Source of the DNA: a virus
Virus record (IMG/VR): IMGVR_UViG_3300043788_000134
Coordinates: 5,882 to 69,881 of that record
Reading direction: 5' to 3' (one strand)
Length of the DNA: 64,000 nt
A program made the position numbers and the translations under genes. Under the pieces are notes generated by a model. It saw only the letters and a list, made by a program, of their open reading frames with translations, did not search any database and was not told where the DNA came from. Positions 1 through 8,597 of the stretch are shown here, piece after piece. Each line of letters begins with the position of its first letter. Position 1 is the first letter of the stretch.

Positions 1-279
1 ACTCGACATCGGGTTGCGATCCGATCCGACGCGCCCACCGGATTTCCGCGCCGGACGATCCATCCGCGGCTTCACAGCGCCGCCGGTCATGAGACCCAAC
101 ACCTTGCCGCCCGCAGCGCGCCTGTGATGCTTCGCCCGGCCGCCGCGCTTTTTCTCGTCACCCTTGGCGTAATCCTCCTCGCCCTTGGCTTCCTTCAAAA
201 CGTCGGGATTGCCCTCGGCGACCAATTCGGTGCGGCCGCCAGAGGCCTTCTTGTGGTGATGTCCCTTGTGGCCTTTCAT
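1..279 (-). CDS. basic Gly-rich virion-module protein, 5' part only (runs off window start)
   Basis: ATG at 277-279 (minus) with GGAGG ~7 nt upstream; translates MKGHKGHHHKKASGGRTELVAEG...; carries [KR]x[AS]GG[RK] motifs like ORF 14031-14831; no stop before position 1. Confidence 0.45.
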   Translation of the reverse strand, partial: MKGHKGHHHKKASGGRTELVAEGNPDVLKEAKGEEDYAKGDEKKRGGRAKHHRRAAGGKVLGLMTGGAVKPRMDRPARKSGGRVGSDRNPMSS

Positions 280-293
280 CTGAAAGCCTCCTG

Positions 294-1589
294 TTAGGTC
301 GAAGATTGCGCATTGCCGAAGATCGGCACGGTATTGAGCGGCGTACCCGAAATCATGTTCCACACGCCGACGTTCGATATCACAGTCAGCCGCACAACGC
401 CATTAGTCGTGGCGGCATTGGTGATCGGCGTTCCACCCCCGGCCGCGGATAGTTGGATCGTACCGCGCACGTCGCCCGTGGTATTGGTGGCAGGCGAACC
501 CGTGGTGGACACTGCGGCCGTAAAGCCGACGTTGGACACGACCGCCGTTGCACCGGCATAGACCAAAACCTGCGAGGCAAAATCAGCCCGGATCGGGAAG
601 CCAAACACATCGCCCACCCCGACCGTGACCGTCGAAGTCGTGCCAAGCACCGTGTTGCTGATCGACGAAATGTATTTGAACGCCTTCTTGCCATAAGCAA
701 TTGCCGTCGTGGTGTTCAATTCGACCGCGATTTGTTCGGTCATAAGTTGCCGCCACACGTCGTAGCCGGTCACGAGAATTGTCGCGGTGCCGACCGAGGT
801 CCCTGACGGCTGGACTTCAAGATAAACATTACGCGCCAAGGCTTCGGCCGGATTGTGCATCCGGTATAACCCAGCTTGGATGTTTGGATTGACCGAAACC
901 GGCACCGGACTTTGCGGGCCATAATTTGCCGTCGGCGGATAGAGTGTCGCACCATACAAGGCCGCTTGCCCAACCGGAGCGGAAATCGCGGTCGCGGGCG
1001 CATTCGACACCGTGATCGTCGTAAAGTTGGTCGAAGAAATTCCCAGGACCTGGGTGAATAGACCGGTCGTTCCCGCGGTATTGCCGCAGTTCGCGATGTA
1101 AATCCACTGACCCAGCGTGAACTTGGTGTTGTCGTACACCTGGACGGTCGTGGAATTCGCAGTCGTGGTGGCACCGGTAAAACCAAAGTCAAGCGCGATC
1201 GGAACGGTAACGACGCTGCTCGTGCCCTGCGGCACAATCGGCACGTTCAAGGCAATCGCGCAGGCCGGCGACGAAGCATTCTGCACCGGAGCCGAAACCA
1301 GCGTCAGCAAGCCGGTCGCGGCCACGCTCGCCGCCGCGACGATGATGTTGGACGCCGTCGCCATCGGAATAGCGTCGATGGTGGGCGGCGTCGGCAAGCC
1401 CATGAACGCTGGCTGGCGCCCAGGCGCAGTGCCATCCTTGGCAAACGGGAATGCGCGGATATCCTGAAAACCCGCGCCTTGGTAGAACGCCGACGGCCCA
1501 TCCAGCGGGCCGACGCTGGCGGTCGTGCCGGCATCAACCTCCAGCGCGCCCATCGCGCTCAGGGGACCGCGGAAGTTTGAATCAGCCAT
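294..1589 (-). CDS. Ala/Thr/Ser-rich virion structural protein
   Basis: 431-aa ORF directly downstream of capsid gene in same operon; call from position and composition only. Confidence 0.5.
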   Translation of the reverse strand: MADSNFRGPLSAMGALEVDAGTTASVGPLDGPSAFYQGAGFQDIRAFPFAKDGTAPGRQPAFMGLPTPPTIDAIPMATASNIIVAAASVAATGLLTLVSAPVQNASSPACAIALNVPIVPQGTSSVVTVPIALDFGFTGATTTANSTTVQVYDNTKFTLGQWIYIANCGNTAGTTGLFTQVLGISSTNFTTITVSNAPATAISAPVGQAALYGATLYPPTANYGPQSPVPVSVNPNIQAGLYRMHNPAEALARNVYLEVQPSGTSVGTATILVTGYDVWRQLMTEQIAVELNTTTAIAYGKKAFKYISSISNTVLGTTSTVTVGVGDVFGFPIRADFASQVLVYAGATAVVSNVGFTAAVSTTGSPATNTTGDVRGTIQLSAAGGGTPITNAATTNGVVRLTVISNVGVWNMISGTPLNTVPIFGNAQSST

Positions 1590-1627
1590 CGCTCAAGCTC
1601 CGTTTGATGTGTTGCTGCGCATGAGCT

Positions 1628-2542
1628 TTACGATGTTGGAAATTCGCCCCACGCCGCGCGAGGGTCGTTATATCCGAATGAATAGCGCTCGTAAGCTTTC
1701 ACGAGGAGGTTGTCGGTGATGTTGTCTACCCACATATCGCTTTCATACGGGATACGCATCATGTGAATCAGCCCCTCGATATTCGTGGTCAGGAACCACG
1801 CGAAGTTCGAGGTCAAGAAGTCAAGCACGATATGCCCTTCCGGCAGGCCGCCGCTCAAGGTCAAGATCGCGTTCACGTCGTTGTCCGCAGTGCCGGGCCG
1901 CAGTTCGGTTTTGGTCAGGCGGATCGCGATGGCTTCCAGGTTCGGCGGCACGACGAGCCGGCGGGCGCGAGACATGATGCGCAGCCCGCGTTCATTGACG
2001 AACTGGGTGCGGACGTTGGTCATGTCAGCGAGCAGCGTCGATTCGTTCAGGCTTTTCGGCGTCGATGACGTATTGGCCCAGGTGCCACCGTCGAATGGAT
2101 GCGCGGTGGAAAACAGCGACACGCCGTCGCCAATGATCGAGGAATTGTACACGTTGCCGAGATTGAGGATATTGGCGCCCTGGATTTCCTTGAACTGGGC
2201 GAACGCTTCCTGCAGTTTCAGATTGGTTGGATTGAACTGCGCCTTGTAGAGATTGTCGTCGATCATCTTGCGGGTGACGGCGTAACCCAGCGCGACTTCG
2301 ATATGCACGAACGCCCAGGTCCAGCGTTCGCCGGGGTTGTTGTCGAACTGGGTGGCGGCGCCTTCGTCTTTCAAAAACGGCAGCGCGACAAACGCCATCT
2401 GGGTCGAGCGTTCCACCGCCATGTTGGACTTGTGGGTGGTGAACACTTTGTCCCATTGTCTCGGAATCATTTCGTATGAGCCGCGGACATCGAACAGTCC
2501 CGGCAGGAGTTCCGAACGAATATTTGCTAATGCGACGGGCAT
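1628..2542 (-). CDS. major capsid protein (HK97-fold type)
   Basis: 304 aa; sits in head module; pattern ...LVVPPNLEAIA...AWFLTT...RIPYE... resembles HK97-like coat proteins (recognised from memory, not searched). Confidence 0.6.
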   Translation of the reverse strand: MPVALANIRSELLPGLFDVRGSYEMIPRQWDKVFTTHKSNMAVERSTQMAFVALPFLKDEGAATQFDNNPGERWTWAFVHIEVALGYAVTRKMIDDNLYKAQFNPTNLKLQEAFAQFKEIQGANILNLGNVYNSSIIGDGVSLFSTAHPFDGGTWANTSSTPKSLNESTLLADMTNVRTQFVNERGLRIMSRARRLVVPPNLEAIAIRLTKTELRPGTADNDVNAILTLSGGLPEGHIVLDFLTSNFAWFLTTNIEGLIHMMRIPYESDMWVDNITDNLLVKAYERYSFGYNDPRAAWGEFPTS

Positions 2543-2556
2543 TGTTCTCTAGCTCC

Positions 2557-3159
2557 TTACAGGCCGGAACGAAGGATTTGATTGTTGAAGCGGACAATGA
2601 CCCAGTTGTAGTTCGTCGTCGGGTCGGAACCGTTGCCGACGCCGGGGAACAGCGAATAGACCACGAAGGGCAAGCCGGAGGCCGTGGTGCCCGTGGTCGT
2701 GGCGATGGTCGATTGATCGACCGTCATTACCGAATAGCCTTGGCCGGTCTGTGACGCGGTAAAGCCGCCCGTGGTGTAGTTGATGAAATTCCCGATGTTC
2801 GACGAGACGATGGCGGTGGCCAGCGTTGCGACCTTGAACAACGCGCCGGGCGAATCGATCACGTAGGCGGTGGCGTCCTGGGCTGCGGCGTTGCCGGGCC
2901 AGAACGGCGACCATTGCGGGGTTTGGCCCGACAGCTGATAAACGCAACCGACGAAGATGCCCTCGATCGGAAGCGTGGTCGATGAATTGCCCTGGATGAT
3001 ATAAGCCGACGTGGCGTTGGCGCGCTGCACGACATCGCCGAATTGGATGGCCGTCGTATTGCTTTTGAGGATGCCGCGCGTCGATTGCTGATAGTCGGCC
3101 ATAAAGCCGGGGAGGTAGCCCCAATGTTCAAAGCCGAACTGTGATTGAGTATTTGCCAC
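2557..3159 (-). CDS. capsid-associated (decoration-like) protein
   Basis: 200 aa, GTG start with GGAG ~7 nt upstream, immediately upstream of capsid gene; Thr/Ser/Gly-rich. Confidence 0.35.
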   Translation of the reverse strand: MANTQSQFGFEHWGYLPGFMADYQQSTRGILKSNTTAIQFGDVVQRANATSAYIIQGNSSTTLPIEGIFVGCVYQLSGQTPQWSPFWPGNAAAQDATAYVIDSPGALFKVATLATAIVSSNIGNFINYTTGGFTASQTGQGYSVMTVDQSTIATTTGTTASGLPFVVYSLFPGVGNGSDPTTNYNWVIVRFNNQILRSGL

Positions 3160-3324
3160 GGCAAACTCCGAGCGGGGTTTTTATGACCCGACCCGGCAGG
3201 CGCTGCCAAGGCATCGAGGGGGTGGAATCGAACCGGCGCGGCTCGATCAGATAATGATGGATGAAGATATTATTTGCGGGCGAGTGTCAAGCGGGTTGTG
3301 GATAAGTTTTTTGGATCACGCTTT

Positions 3325-3370
3325 GGGTCACGAGAGGGCCTTCGTGGAAGCAGCACCGGATTCGGTCAAC
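3325..3370 (+). repeat. PIR half-site, subtype B1, forward
   Basis: gggtcacgagagggccttcgtggaagcagcaccggattcggtcaac; preceded by partial duplicate ttggatcacg at 3311-3320. Confidence 0.9.
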
Positions 3371-3371
3371 G

Positions 3372-5171
3372 TCACGCCGCCACGCCAAACGTCGCGGTTT
3401 CCAGATCGCTCACGGCAAGCCCGAACGCCGCGAATCGATCGGCCCAGTACGGCGACGTGTGCAATCGCTCGCGCAATCGCGCGATAAGCTGCACCGGCAC
3501 TCTGCCGTGCAAGCGATATTCGAGGACGCCCAAGAAATAGAGCGCAAAACCGTTTTCTGGCGAGATCACTTCCGACAGCACCGTGAGATTTTGCATCTGT
3601 TGCTTGATCTTGACCGGCCGCGTTTCGTTCAAGAGCCGCCGAAAATTCAAATGATAGTTCATGTAGAACCAGATATCGGTTATCTGCTCGCCGGTCGGAA
3701 TATCGTCTGGCTTGATTTTGGCGAAGGCTTCGCGAAAGCCGAGATGCGCGAGTATCAGACCTTGTTCGATCTCGGTTTGCTTGCCGTAAGAGCCGCCGGC
3801 AAAGCGCAACTCCTTCGATCCCACGTCCTGGATAAGACCTTGCGCCACCATCGCATCATAAATAGGCGTATTCGGGAGCGGTTGCAGAGGGCTGATTCGA
3901 TACCAATCACAGTCCATCTCGCGCGCCACATTGATCGTGTCGTGGACCATGCCGAGGGTTTCATTCGGAAAGCCCACCATCAAAAGGACGGACGTGTGAA
4001 TTTGCTCATGCTCGCGGAAAATTTGCGCCGCCTCGATGAAGTTTTCGAGCGTGCCTGGTTTTTTGACTTGGCGCAAGATCGTCCGGTTGCCTGATTCCAT
4101 GCCGATATTAACCGCGATACAGCCAGACTCGGCCATCGCGGCAACAAGAGCCGGCGTACACGACGACGCGATGATGCCGTTGGTGGCGTCCCAGGTGACA
4201 TCGATCTTTCTGCGGACAATCTCATTGAACATTTGCGTGGCGCGGTGCTCGTCCTTCAAAAGATCGTCATCGAGCCACATGAAGTGGCCGACGCCGTAAT
4301 CGTTCACCAGCATTTCGATTTCATCGACGACGTTCGTATAGTCGCGTTGGCGCACGCCCTTGCCGTTGAAATTCCGCACCGAGCAGAACGTGCACTGCGC
4401 GCGGCATCCGCGATTGGACAACACCGTGGCAAAAACCGTATCCTTGGGCTTGAAGCAATAAAACGCGCCGATCGTGCCGTGCTTGGAATGTTCGGGAATG
4501 TCGAGGAGGTCGAATGCCGGGATGATCGAGATATCTTCGGGCACGCAGTCGGCCGTTAGATGGATGCGTTCGGGTTTGTTGATGATGAGTTGAGCAAGGT
4601 CGGTCACGGGACGCAGCCGATTCACGGCTTGGACAAAGCGCGGCAACGACTCGTCGGCTTCGCGAAGGAACGCGGCGGAGACACAGGGAATGTCATCAAG
4701 CACACGCTCCACGTCGTTCGTCACATGCACGCCACCGATGGCGACAGGAGCGTAAGCCGCGGCGAAGGTGCACACGTCCTTGAGCGACTGATGACTCATG
4801 GTGAACATGCAGCCGACGCCGATCAGGTCCGGTGCGGTGTCATAGATGGCCTTGAACAAAGCCCACTTCCACGTCGCCGTGTGGTCAAAGGCCCCGCTTC
4901 CCCGCGCCGCCTTGAGCACGATATGATTCAGGTTCAGAATCTGCATATCCACGTCGATGGCGCGAAGCTGTTGCGCCAGCAACGCCAGTCCGTAGGGAGG
5001 GTAATTGGTGTAGCGACCGCGCTTGGCGATTTCAGGACGGAACAGGTTGGCATCCGCGTCGGGGGGGTTGACCAGAAGCACGCGGCGGATTTGGCGGGCG
5101 GGAAATAGCGCAGAGAGAGCCGCGTCCACAGCGGTTGGGTCATGAGAGCGGAGTGGCGGGGATAGGGTCAT
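3372..5171 (-). CDS. B12-binding-domain radical SAM enzyme
   Basis: 599 aa; N-terminal RVLLVNPP...GGVH cobalamin-binding-like region then CxxxCxxC motif CRAQCTFC; first codons lie inside PIR 5137-5182. Confidence 0.85.
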   Translation of the reverse strand: MTLSPPLRSHDPTAVDAALSALFPARQIRRVLLVNPPDADANLFRPEIAKRGRYTNYPPYGLALLAQQLRAIDVDMQILNLNHIVLKAARGSGAFDHTATWKWALFKAIYDTAPDLIGVGCMFTMSHQSLKDVCTFAAAYAPVAIGGVHVTNDVERVLDDIPCVSAAFLREADESLPRFVQAVNRLRPVTDLAQLIINKPERIHLTADCVPEDISIIPAFDLLDIPEHSKHGTIGAFYCFKPKDTVFATVLSNRGCRAQCTFCSVRNFNGKGVRQRDYTNVVDEIEMLVNDYGVGHFMWLDDDLLKDEHRATQMFNEIVRRKIDVTWDATNGIIASSCTPALVAAMAESGCIAVNIGMESGNRTILRQVKKPGTLENFIEAAQIFREHEQIHTSVLLMVGFPNETLGMVHDTINVAREMDCDWYRISPLQPLPNTPIYDAMVAQGLIQDVGSKELRFAGGSYGKQTEIEQGLILAHLGFREAFAKIKPDDIPTGEQITDIWFYMNYHLNFRRLLNETRPVKIKQQMQNLTVLSEVISPENGFALYFLGVLEYRLHGRVPVQLIARLRERLHTSPYWADRFAAFGLAVSDLETATFGVAA

Positions 5172-5182
5172 CGGTCACCGTT
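5137..5182 (+). repeat. PIR half-site, subtype B2, forward
   Basis: gggtcatgagagcggagtggcggggatagggtcatcggtcaccgtt. Confidence 0.9.
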
Positions 5183-5191
5183 CTATTGAGC

Positions 5192-5404
5192 TCAAACTAC
5201 GCCGATGTAAGCGGCCTTAAACCGTTGATAACTATCCTCCAGTACAGCCGCATCCAGATGATCAAAGGCGTTGAACCGTAAATGGGGATATTTCTCTAGG
5301 GTTGCCTCATGGCCACATTTGCCATCCTCTGGAACGCCGCGACGCAGTTCTTCGAGGCAAAAGGGGCACACGTCGTTGAACGGATCGAACGCGGTCATTG
5401 CCAT
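5192..5404 (-). CDS. small Cys/His-containing protein (70 aa)
   Basis: ATG 5404 with GGGGGAGG 8 nt upstream; MAMTAFDPFNDVCPFCLEEL...; only gene between PIR 5137 and PIR 5439. Confidence 0.45.
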   Translation of the reverse strand: MAMTAFDPFNDVCPFCLEELRRGVPEDGKCGHEATLEKYPHLRFNAFDHLDAAVLEDSYQRFKAAYIGVV

Positions 5405-5438
5405 TACTGTGCCTCCCCCTGATTTTACCATGGTCAGC

Positions 5439-5473
5439 GTTGACCGCACCGGAATCCCTGCGGTTCCGTGACC
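5439..5473 (-). repeat. PIR half-site, subtype A, reverse
   Basis: gttgaccgcaccggaatccctgcggttccgtgacc. Confidence 0.9.
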
Positions 5474-5478
5474 AAATC

Positions 5479-6399
5479 TTAATTCACCGGGAGACGTTCC
5501 GCAACACGTCCGCCGAACGATTGCCGGAATCGCCACCGATCGATGCGTGCCACCTTGTAGGCAATAACATCAATCGACGGCGTGAATTTCGTCGCCATAC
5601 CTCCGGTCGGCTTCAACGACGCCCGCAACGGCCGAGGTTCGCTATAGACGATTTCGGAGAACGGCACCGGCTCAAACGCCATCCGGGCGCCCAACAGGCT
5701 TTGCTCTTTGACCATTTGCGCCAATTCCGCCCGCGACACCGCCGGTTGACTGACCAGATGATAAATCCGTCGCGTCACGGGCTTTGTCGCAATTTCCAAT
5801 AAGCCTCTCGCCGTATCGTTCACGTCCGATACATTGAAAATATTATCCACCGCCATGCGCGCGTTCGGTTTGAGCAGCGTTTCATAGCATTGCGCCACCG
5901 GGCAGTGCTGGCCTTGGACCCATCCCACGTTCCATCCCGTGCGCGCCACGACGCCGCGCGGCGTGCACAGCACATGACTTTCCACGGCAGCTTTCAATGC
6001 GCCGTAGACATTGAGCGGGCGTCGTGCGGTATCTTCGGAGCAATCCCCCGCTTTACCGTCAAACACCTGGTCGGTAGATAAAAACACCACCCGCGCGCCG
6101 GCGTCGTCCGCATCATCGACGAGGTTCTTGCTGGCGTGCAGATTCAAAAGCCACGCCGCTTCCTGATTCGCGTAAATCCACGCAGGAGCGATATAGCCCG
6201 CAAGCAGCACCACCACATCGTCAGCATTCAAGTCGGGAACCACGGTGCGCAGCGACGCGGTTCGCATGTCGAACGGCACGAGGCCGTAGCGCACACGGCT
6301 TAAAGCGGTGCCAATGGCTGGTACACGCGCGGTGCGGGCCTCTTGGTGAAGCACACTGCCGATGACGCCGGAGGCACCGACGATGATGATTCGGGTCAT
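5479..6399 (-). CDS. RmlD-like NAD(P)-dependent sugar reductase (dTDP-4-dehydrorhamnose reductase family)
   Basis: IIIVGASGVIGS Rossmann motif, LSTDQVFDG and YGALK motifs; ATG 6397-6399 lies inside PIR outer block (CTCTCATGACCC). Confidence 0.7.
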   Translation of the reverse strand: MTRIIIVGASGVIGSVLHQEARTARVPAIGTALSRVRYGLVPFDMRTASLRTVVPDLNADDVVVLLAGYIAPAWIYANQEAAWLLNLHASKNLVDDADDAGARVVFLSTDQVFDGKAGDCSEDTARRPLNVYGALKAAVESHVLCTPRGVVARTGWNVGWVQGQHCPVAQCYETLLKPNARMAVDNIFNVSDVNDTARGLLEIATKPVTRRIYHLVSQPAVSRAELAQMVKEQSLLGARMAFEPVPFSEIVYSEPRPLRASLKPTGGMATKFTPSIDVIAYKVARIDRWRFRQSFGGRVAERLPVN

Positions 6400-6439
6400 G
6401 AGAGCGGAGCGGCGAGTGAGAGGATTATCGGTCACCGTT
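6393..6439 (+). repeat. PIR half-site, subtype B2, forward
   Basis: gggtcatgagagcggagcggcgagtgagaggattatcggtcaccgtt. Confidence 0.9.
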
Positions 6440-6448
6440 GCTCACAAA

Positions 6449-6694
6449 TTATTGCGGCCGACTTCGACGACAACAATCTTGCTCGGATCGACCATTTCGC
6501 TCAGCGTCTCGACGGCGTTCTTGTCCCGGTCGTACGGCTTTGATCGCCGCTTCGGCGCGTCTGCCATAGAACGCCAGATCGTGAGTGTAGGCAGCGCGGC
6601 CGATCAGGAACGAAATGACAGAATAGATACCGCCAATGTCGCCCAAGAGGCGGCCGGTGGAAGTTCCGAGAACGGCGTGAGTTGGAAATTTCAT
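6449..6694 (-). CDS. small hypothetical phage protein (81 aa)
   Basis: ATG 6694 with GGAGG; MKFPTHAVLGTSTGRLLGDIGG...; only gene between PIR 6393 and PIR 6723; leader nearly identical to that of ORF 25934. Confidence 0.45.
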   Translation of the reverse strand: MKFPTHAVLGTSTGRLLGDIGGIYSVISFLIGRAAYTHDLAFYGRRAEAAIKAVRPGQERRRDAERNGRSEQDCCRRSRPQ

Positions 6695-6722
6695 AGCTTC
6701 CCTCCTATTACAAACAACCGCG

Positions 6723-6757
6723 GTTGACCGCACCGTAATCCCGGCCTCTCGTGATCC
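6723..6757 (-). repeat. PIR half-site, subtype A, reverse
   Basis: gttgaccgcaccgtaatcccggcctctcgtgatcc. Confidence 0.95.
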
Positions 6758-6762
6758 AAAGA

Positions 6763-7713
6763 CTACTCCGCCGCAACCTCAAATCCCCGATGCAGATCGC
6801 TCGCCGGCTTATTCCACACCGTACAGCCGGAGCACATATCGATCCGATCGCGATTCCCCGCAAGATGGAGTTCGCGCCGCTCATTCTGCAGCTTGCTTTG
6901 CCACAACTCCGCGATGGAATGCGTCGCCACATCGCCCAGCGGATGTTTGTTGTTGTAATCGACATTGCACATCGGCACCTTGCCGTCGGCAAAGATCACC
7001 ATGAGCGACCACAGCGCCACGCAAGGCAGTTTGTTCGGCCTTTCCGGATCAAAGCCAGCCAACTGGCCGCCCCAATTGTGAATATTGAGAAAATAGCAGC
7101 GGTCATTATCGCGCAACAACGGTTTCCAATAGGCATAGAACGCCGGAAACTCATCGCGATTGGATTCCTGGCGAATCATCCGCACCCAGATCGAGCATGA
7201 CGGGCGGATTTTGTCGCGCATTTTGATAAACCGCAGAGCGTTCTTCATCACGGTCTCAAAATTAAGCCGCACGCGGATTGCTTCAAACACGGCCTTGTCG
7301 AGACTGTCAATCGACAGCACCACTTCATCGATTCCAGCCTCAAGAATCGCCGTGGCGCGATCCTCGTCCAGCAATTCGACGTTGGTGGAAATGCCGACGT
7401 TCTTGATGCCGCCGCCCTTCAATCGCTTGATGCGCTTCGGCAGCTTCTTGTCCAAAAGCGGTTCGCCGTCGCGATAAAGCGCCACGCGCTTGACATCGTG
7501 CTTGTGCGCGCAAATCTCCGCCGCGATGACCTCGAACAGCGCGTCGTTCATGCTCGGCGTATGGCGCGTCCAATCGTCGATCGTGCACATCGGACAGCGC
7601 GCGTTGCAGGCGTTCACCGTCTCGATCTCGAAATAGAGCGGAAAATCGGAAAGCGACGCGAACGGCCGCTCCGGCGCGATGCGATTTGACAGGTAGGTTT
7701 CGAGCGGCGTCAT
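6763..7713 (-). CDS. radical SAM enzyme with C-terminal SPASM/twitch-like Cys cluster
   Basis: 316 aa from MTPLETYL; CNARCPMC radical SAM motif; C-terminal CVALW...MCNVDY...CSGC; ATGA overlap with upstream gene at 7710-7713. Confidence 0.8.
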   Translation of the reverse strand: MTPLETYLSNRIAPERPFASLSDFPLYFEIETVNACNARCPMCTIDDWTRHTPSMNDALFEVIAAEICAHKHDVKRVALYRDGEPLLDKKLPKRIKRLKGGGIKNVGISTNVELLDEDRATAILEAGIDEVVLSIDSLDKAVFEAIRVRLNFETVMKNALRFIKMRDKIRPSCSIWVRMIRQESNRDEFPAFYAYWKPLLRDNDRCYFLNIHNWGGQLAGFDPERPNKLPCVALWSLMVIFADGKVPMCNVDYNNKHPLGDVATHSIAELWQSKLQNERRELHLAGNRDRIDMCSGCTVWNKPASDLHRGFEVAAE

Positions 7714-8543
7714 TCCGCCGCCACCGCCTGTGGCTGCTGTTGCGGCTGCGCTTCGACCTGCTGCGCGGGAGGAAACGGCGTCGCCACCTGGAAGATTTGC
7801 TTTTGCATCGCCTCTTGCATGGCCGCCTGTGCTTCGGCTTGCGCCTGCTGCTGCGTAATGTGCTGCAGGTAGCACGCCGAATAATCGTGCATCCCGACGT
7901 GCGAAATCGGATAGGCGATGGCCGCCCACACCTGACCGCCGCAACGGTTCCAACGGATGCAGAACGATAAATCCTCCGACACGATCCCGCGTTCGGGAAT
8001 GTCCAGCTTCTCAAAGGCGCGAATCAATCGCGTGGCGCCGGCCTGTTTCATAAGGCTTGCGGCCGGATGAAGATCGAGCCGCGTATCCACGAGTTCGGGA
8101 AATTGCTGCAGCATCTTCGTCACAACATCGCGACGAATCAGCGTGCAGCCCATGCCGACGCCTTCCACCAGCATAAAATTACCCCGGCGTTCCGTGGTCG
8201 GACCGCCGGAGCCCGATCCCGCCCATGACGTGGGATAGCGCCGTTGCGGATAGATCGTGCCGACCACGGGTTCGTCGAACAAAATCATGTCGAGAACCAT
8301 TTCGGGCGAAAAGCCCATATCGGAATCGATCTGCAGGAAATAATCGACTTGCGGCATCGTATCGTACCAGATCGTCAGTGCCATCGATCGCAGTTCGGCG
8401 ATGTCGGGGAATGACAGCGCGGACACTGAGGCATTGATCGCCTTCGCCGCGAGCATCTGTTGCAATTGCAGCGTGGTCAGGAACGTCGTCGTCGTCAGCG
8501 TGTTGCCGAAGGCGGGGATGAAGGTGAAAACGTGCTTTGCCAT
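7710..8543 (-). CDS. glycosyltransferase (GT-A-like, DxD)
   Basis: 277 aa from MAKHVFTF; QIDSDMGF (DxD) and EDLSFCIRW motifs; Gln-rich C-terminal tail. Confidence 0.6.
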   Translation of the reverse strand: MAKHVFTFIPAFGNTLTTTTFLTTLQLQQMLAAKAINASVSALSFPDIAELRSMALTIWYDTMPQVDYFLQIDSDMGFSPEMVLDMILFDEPVVGTIYPQRRYPTSWAGSGSGGPTTERRGNFMLVEGVGMGCTLIRRDVVTKMLQQFPELVDTRLDLHPAASLMKQAGATRLIRAFEKLDIPERGIVSEDLSFCIRWNRCGGQVWAAIAYPISHVGMHDYSACYLQHITQQQAQAEAQAAMQEAMQKQIFQVATPFPPAQQVEAQPQQQPQAVAAE

Positions 8544-8562
8544 TTTATGCTCGGTTTTGTTT

Positions 8563-8597
8563 GGGTCACGAGAGGCCGGGATTACGGTGCGGTCAAC
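8563..8597 (+). repeat. PIR half-site, subtype A, forward
   Basis: gggtcacgagaggccgggattacggtgcggtcaac; contains stop codon (TGA, 8593-8595 minus) of ORF 8593-9540. Confidence 0.95.

Noticed and set aside
3215-3245. tRNA-like fragment (minus strand GGTTCGATTCC T-loop-like sequence)
   Set aside because: Flanking bases do not form a T stem or acceptor stem, and no cloverleaf can be drawn.
3263-3292. Possible late promoter on minus strand (TTGACA then TATCTT) upstream of the capsid operon
   Set aside because: The spacer is only 15 nt and alternative -10 hexamers are poor, so the evidence is insufficient.
6723-6757. PIR reverse form as a sigma70 promoter (contains TTGACC)
   Set aside because: 17 nt downstream is TCTCGT, a poor -10. 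B-type copies have GGTGACC instead and a longer spacing. Copies face both toward and away from genes, so a simple promoter role does not fit, although a phage-specific factor cannot be excluded.
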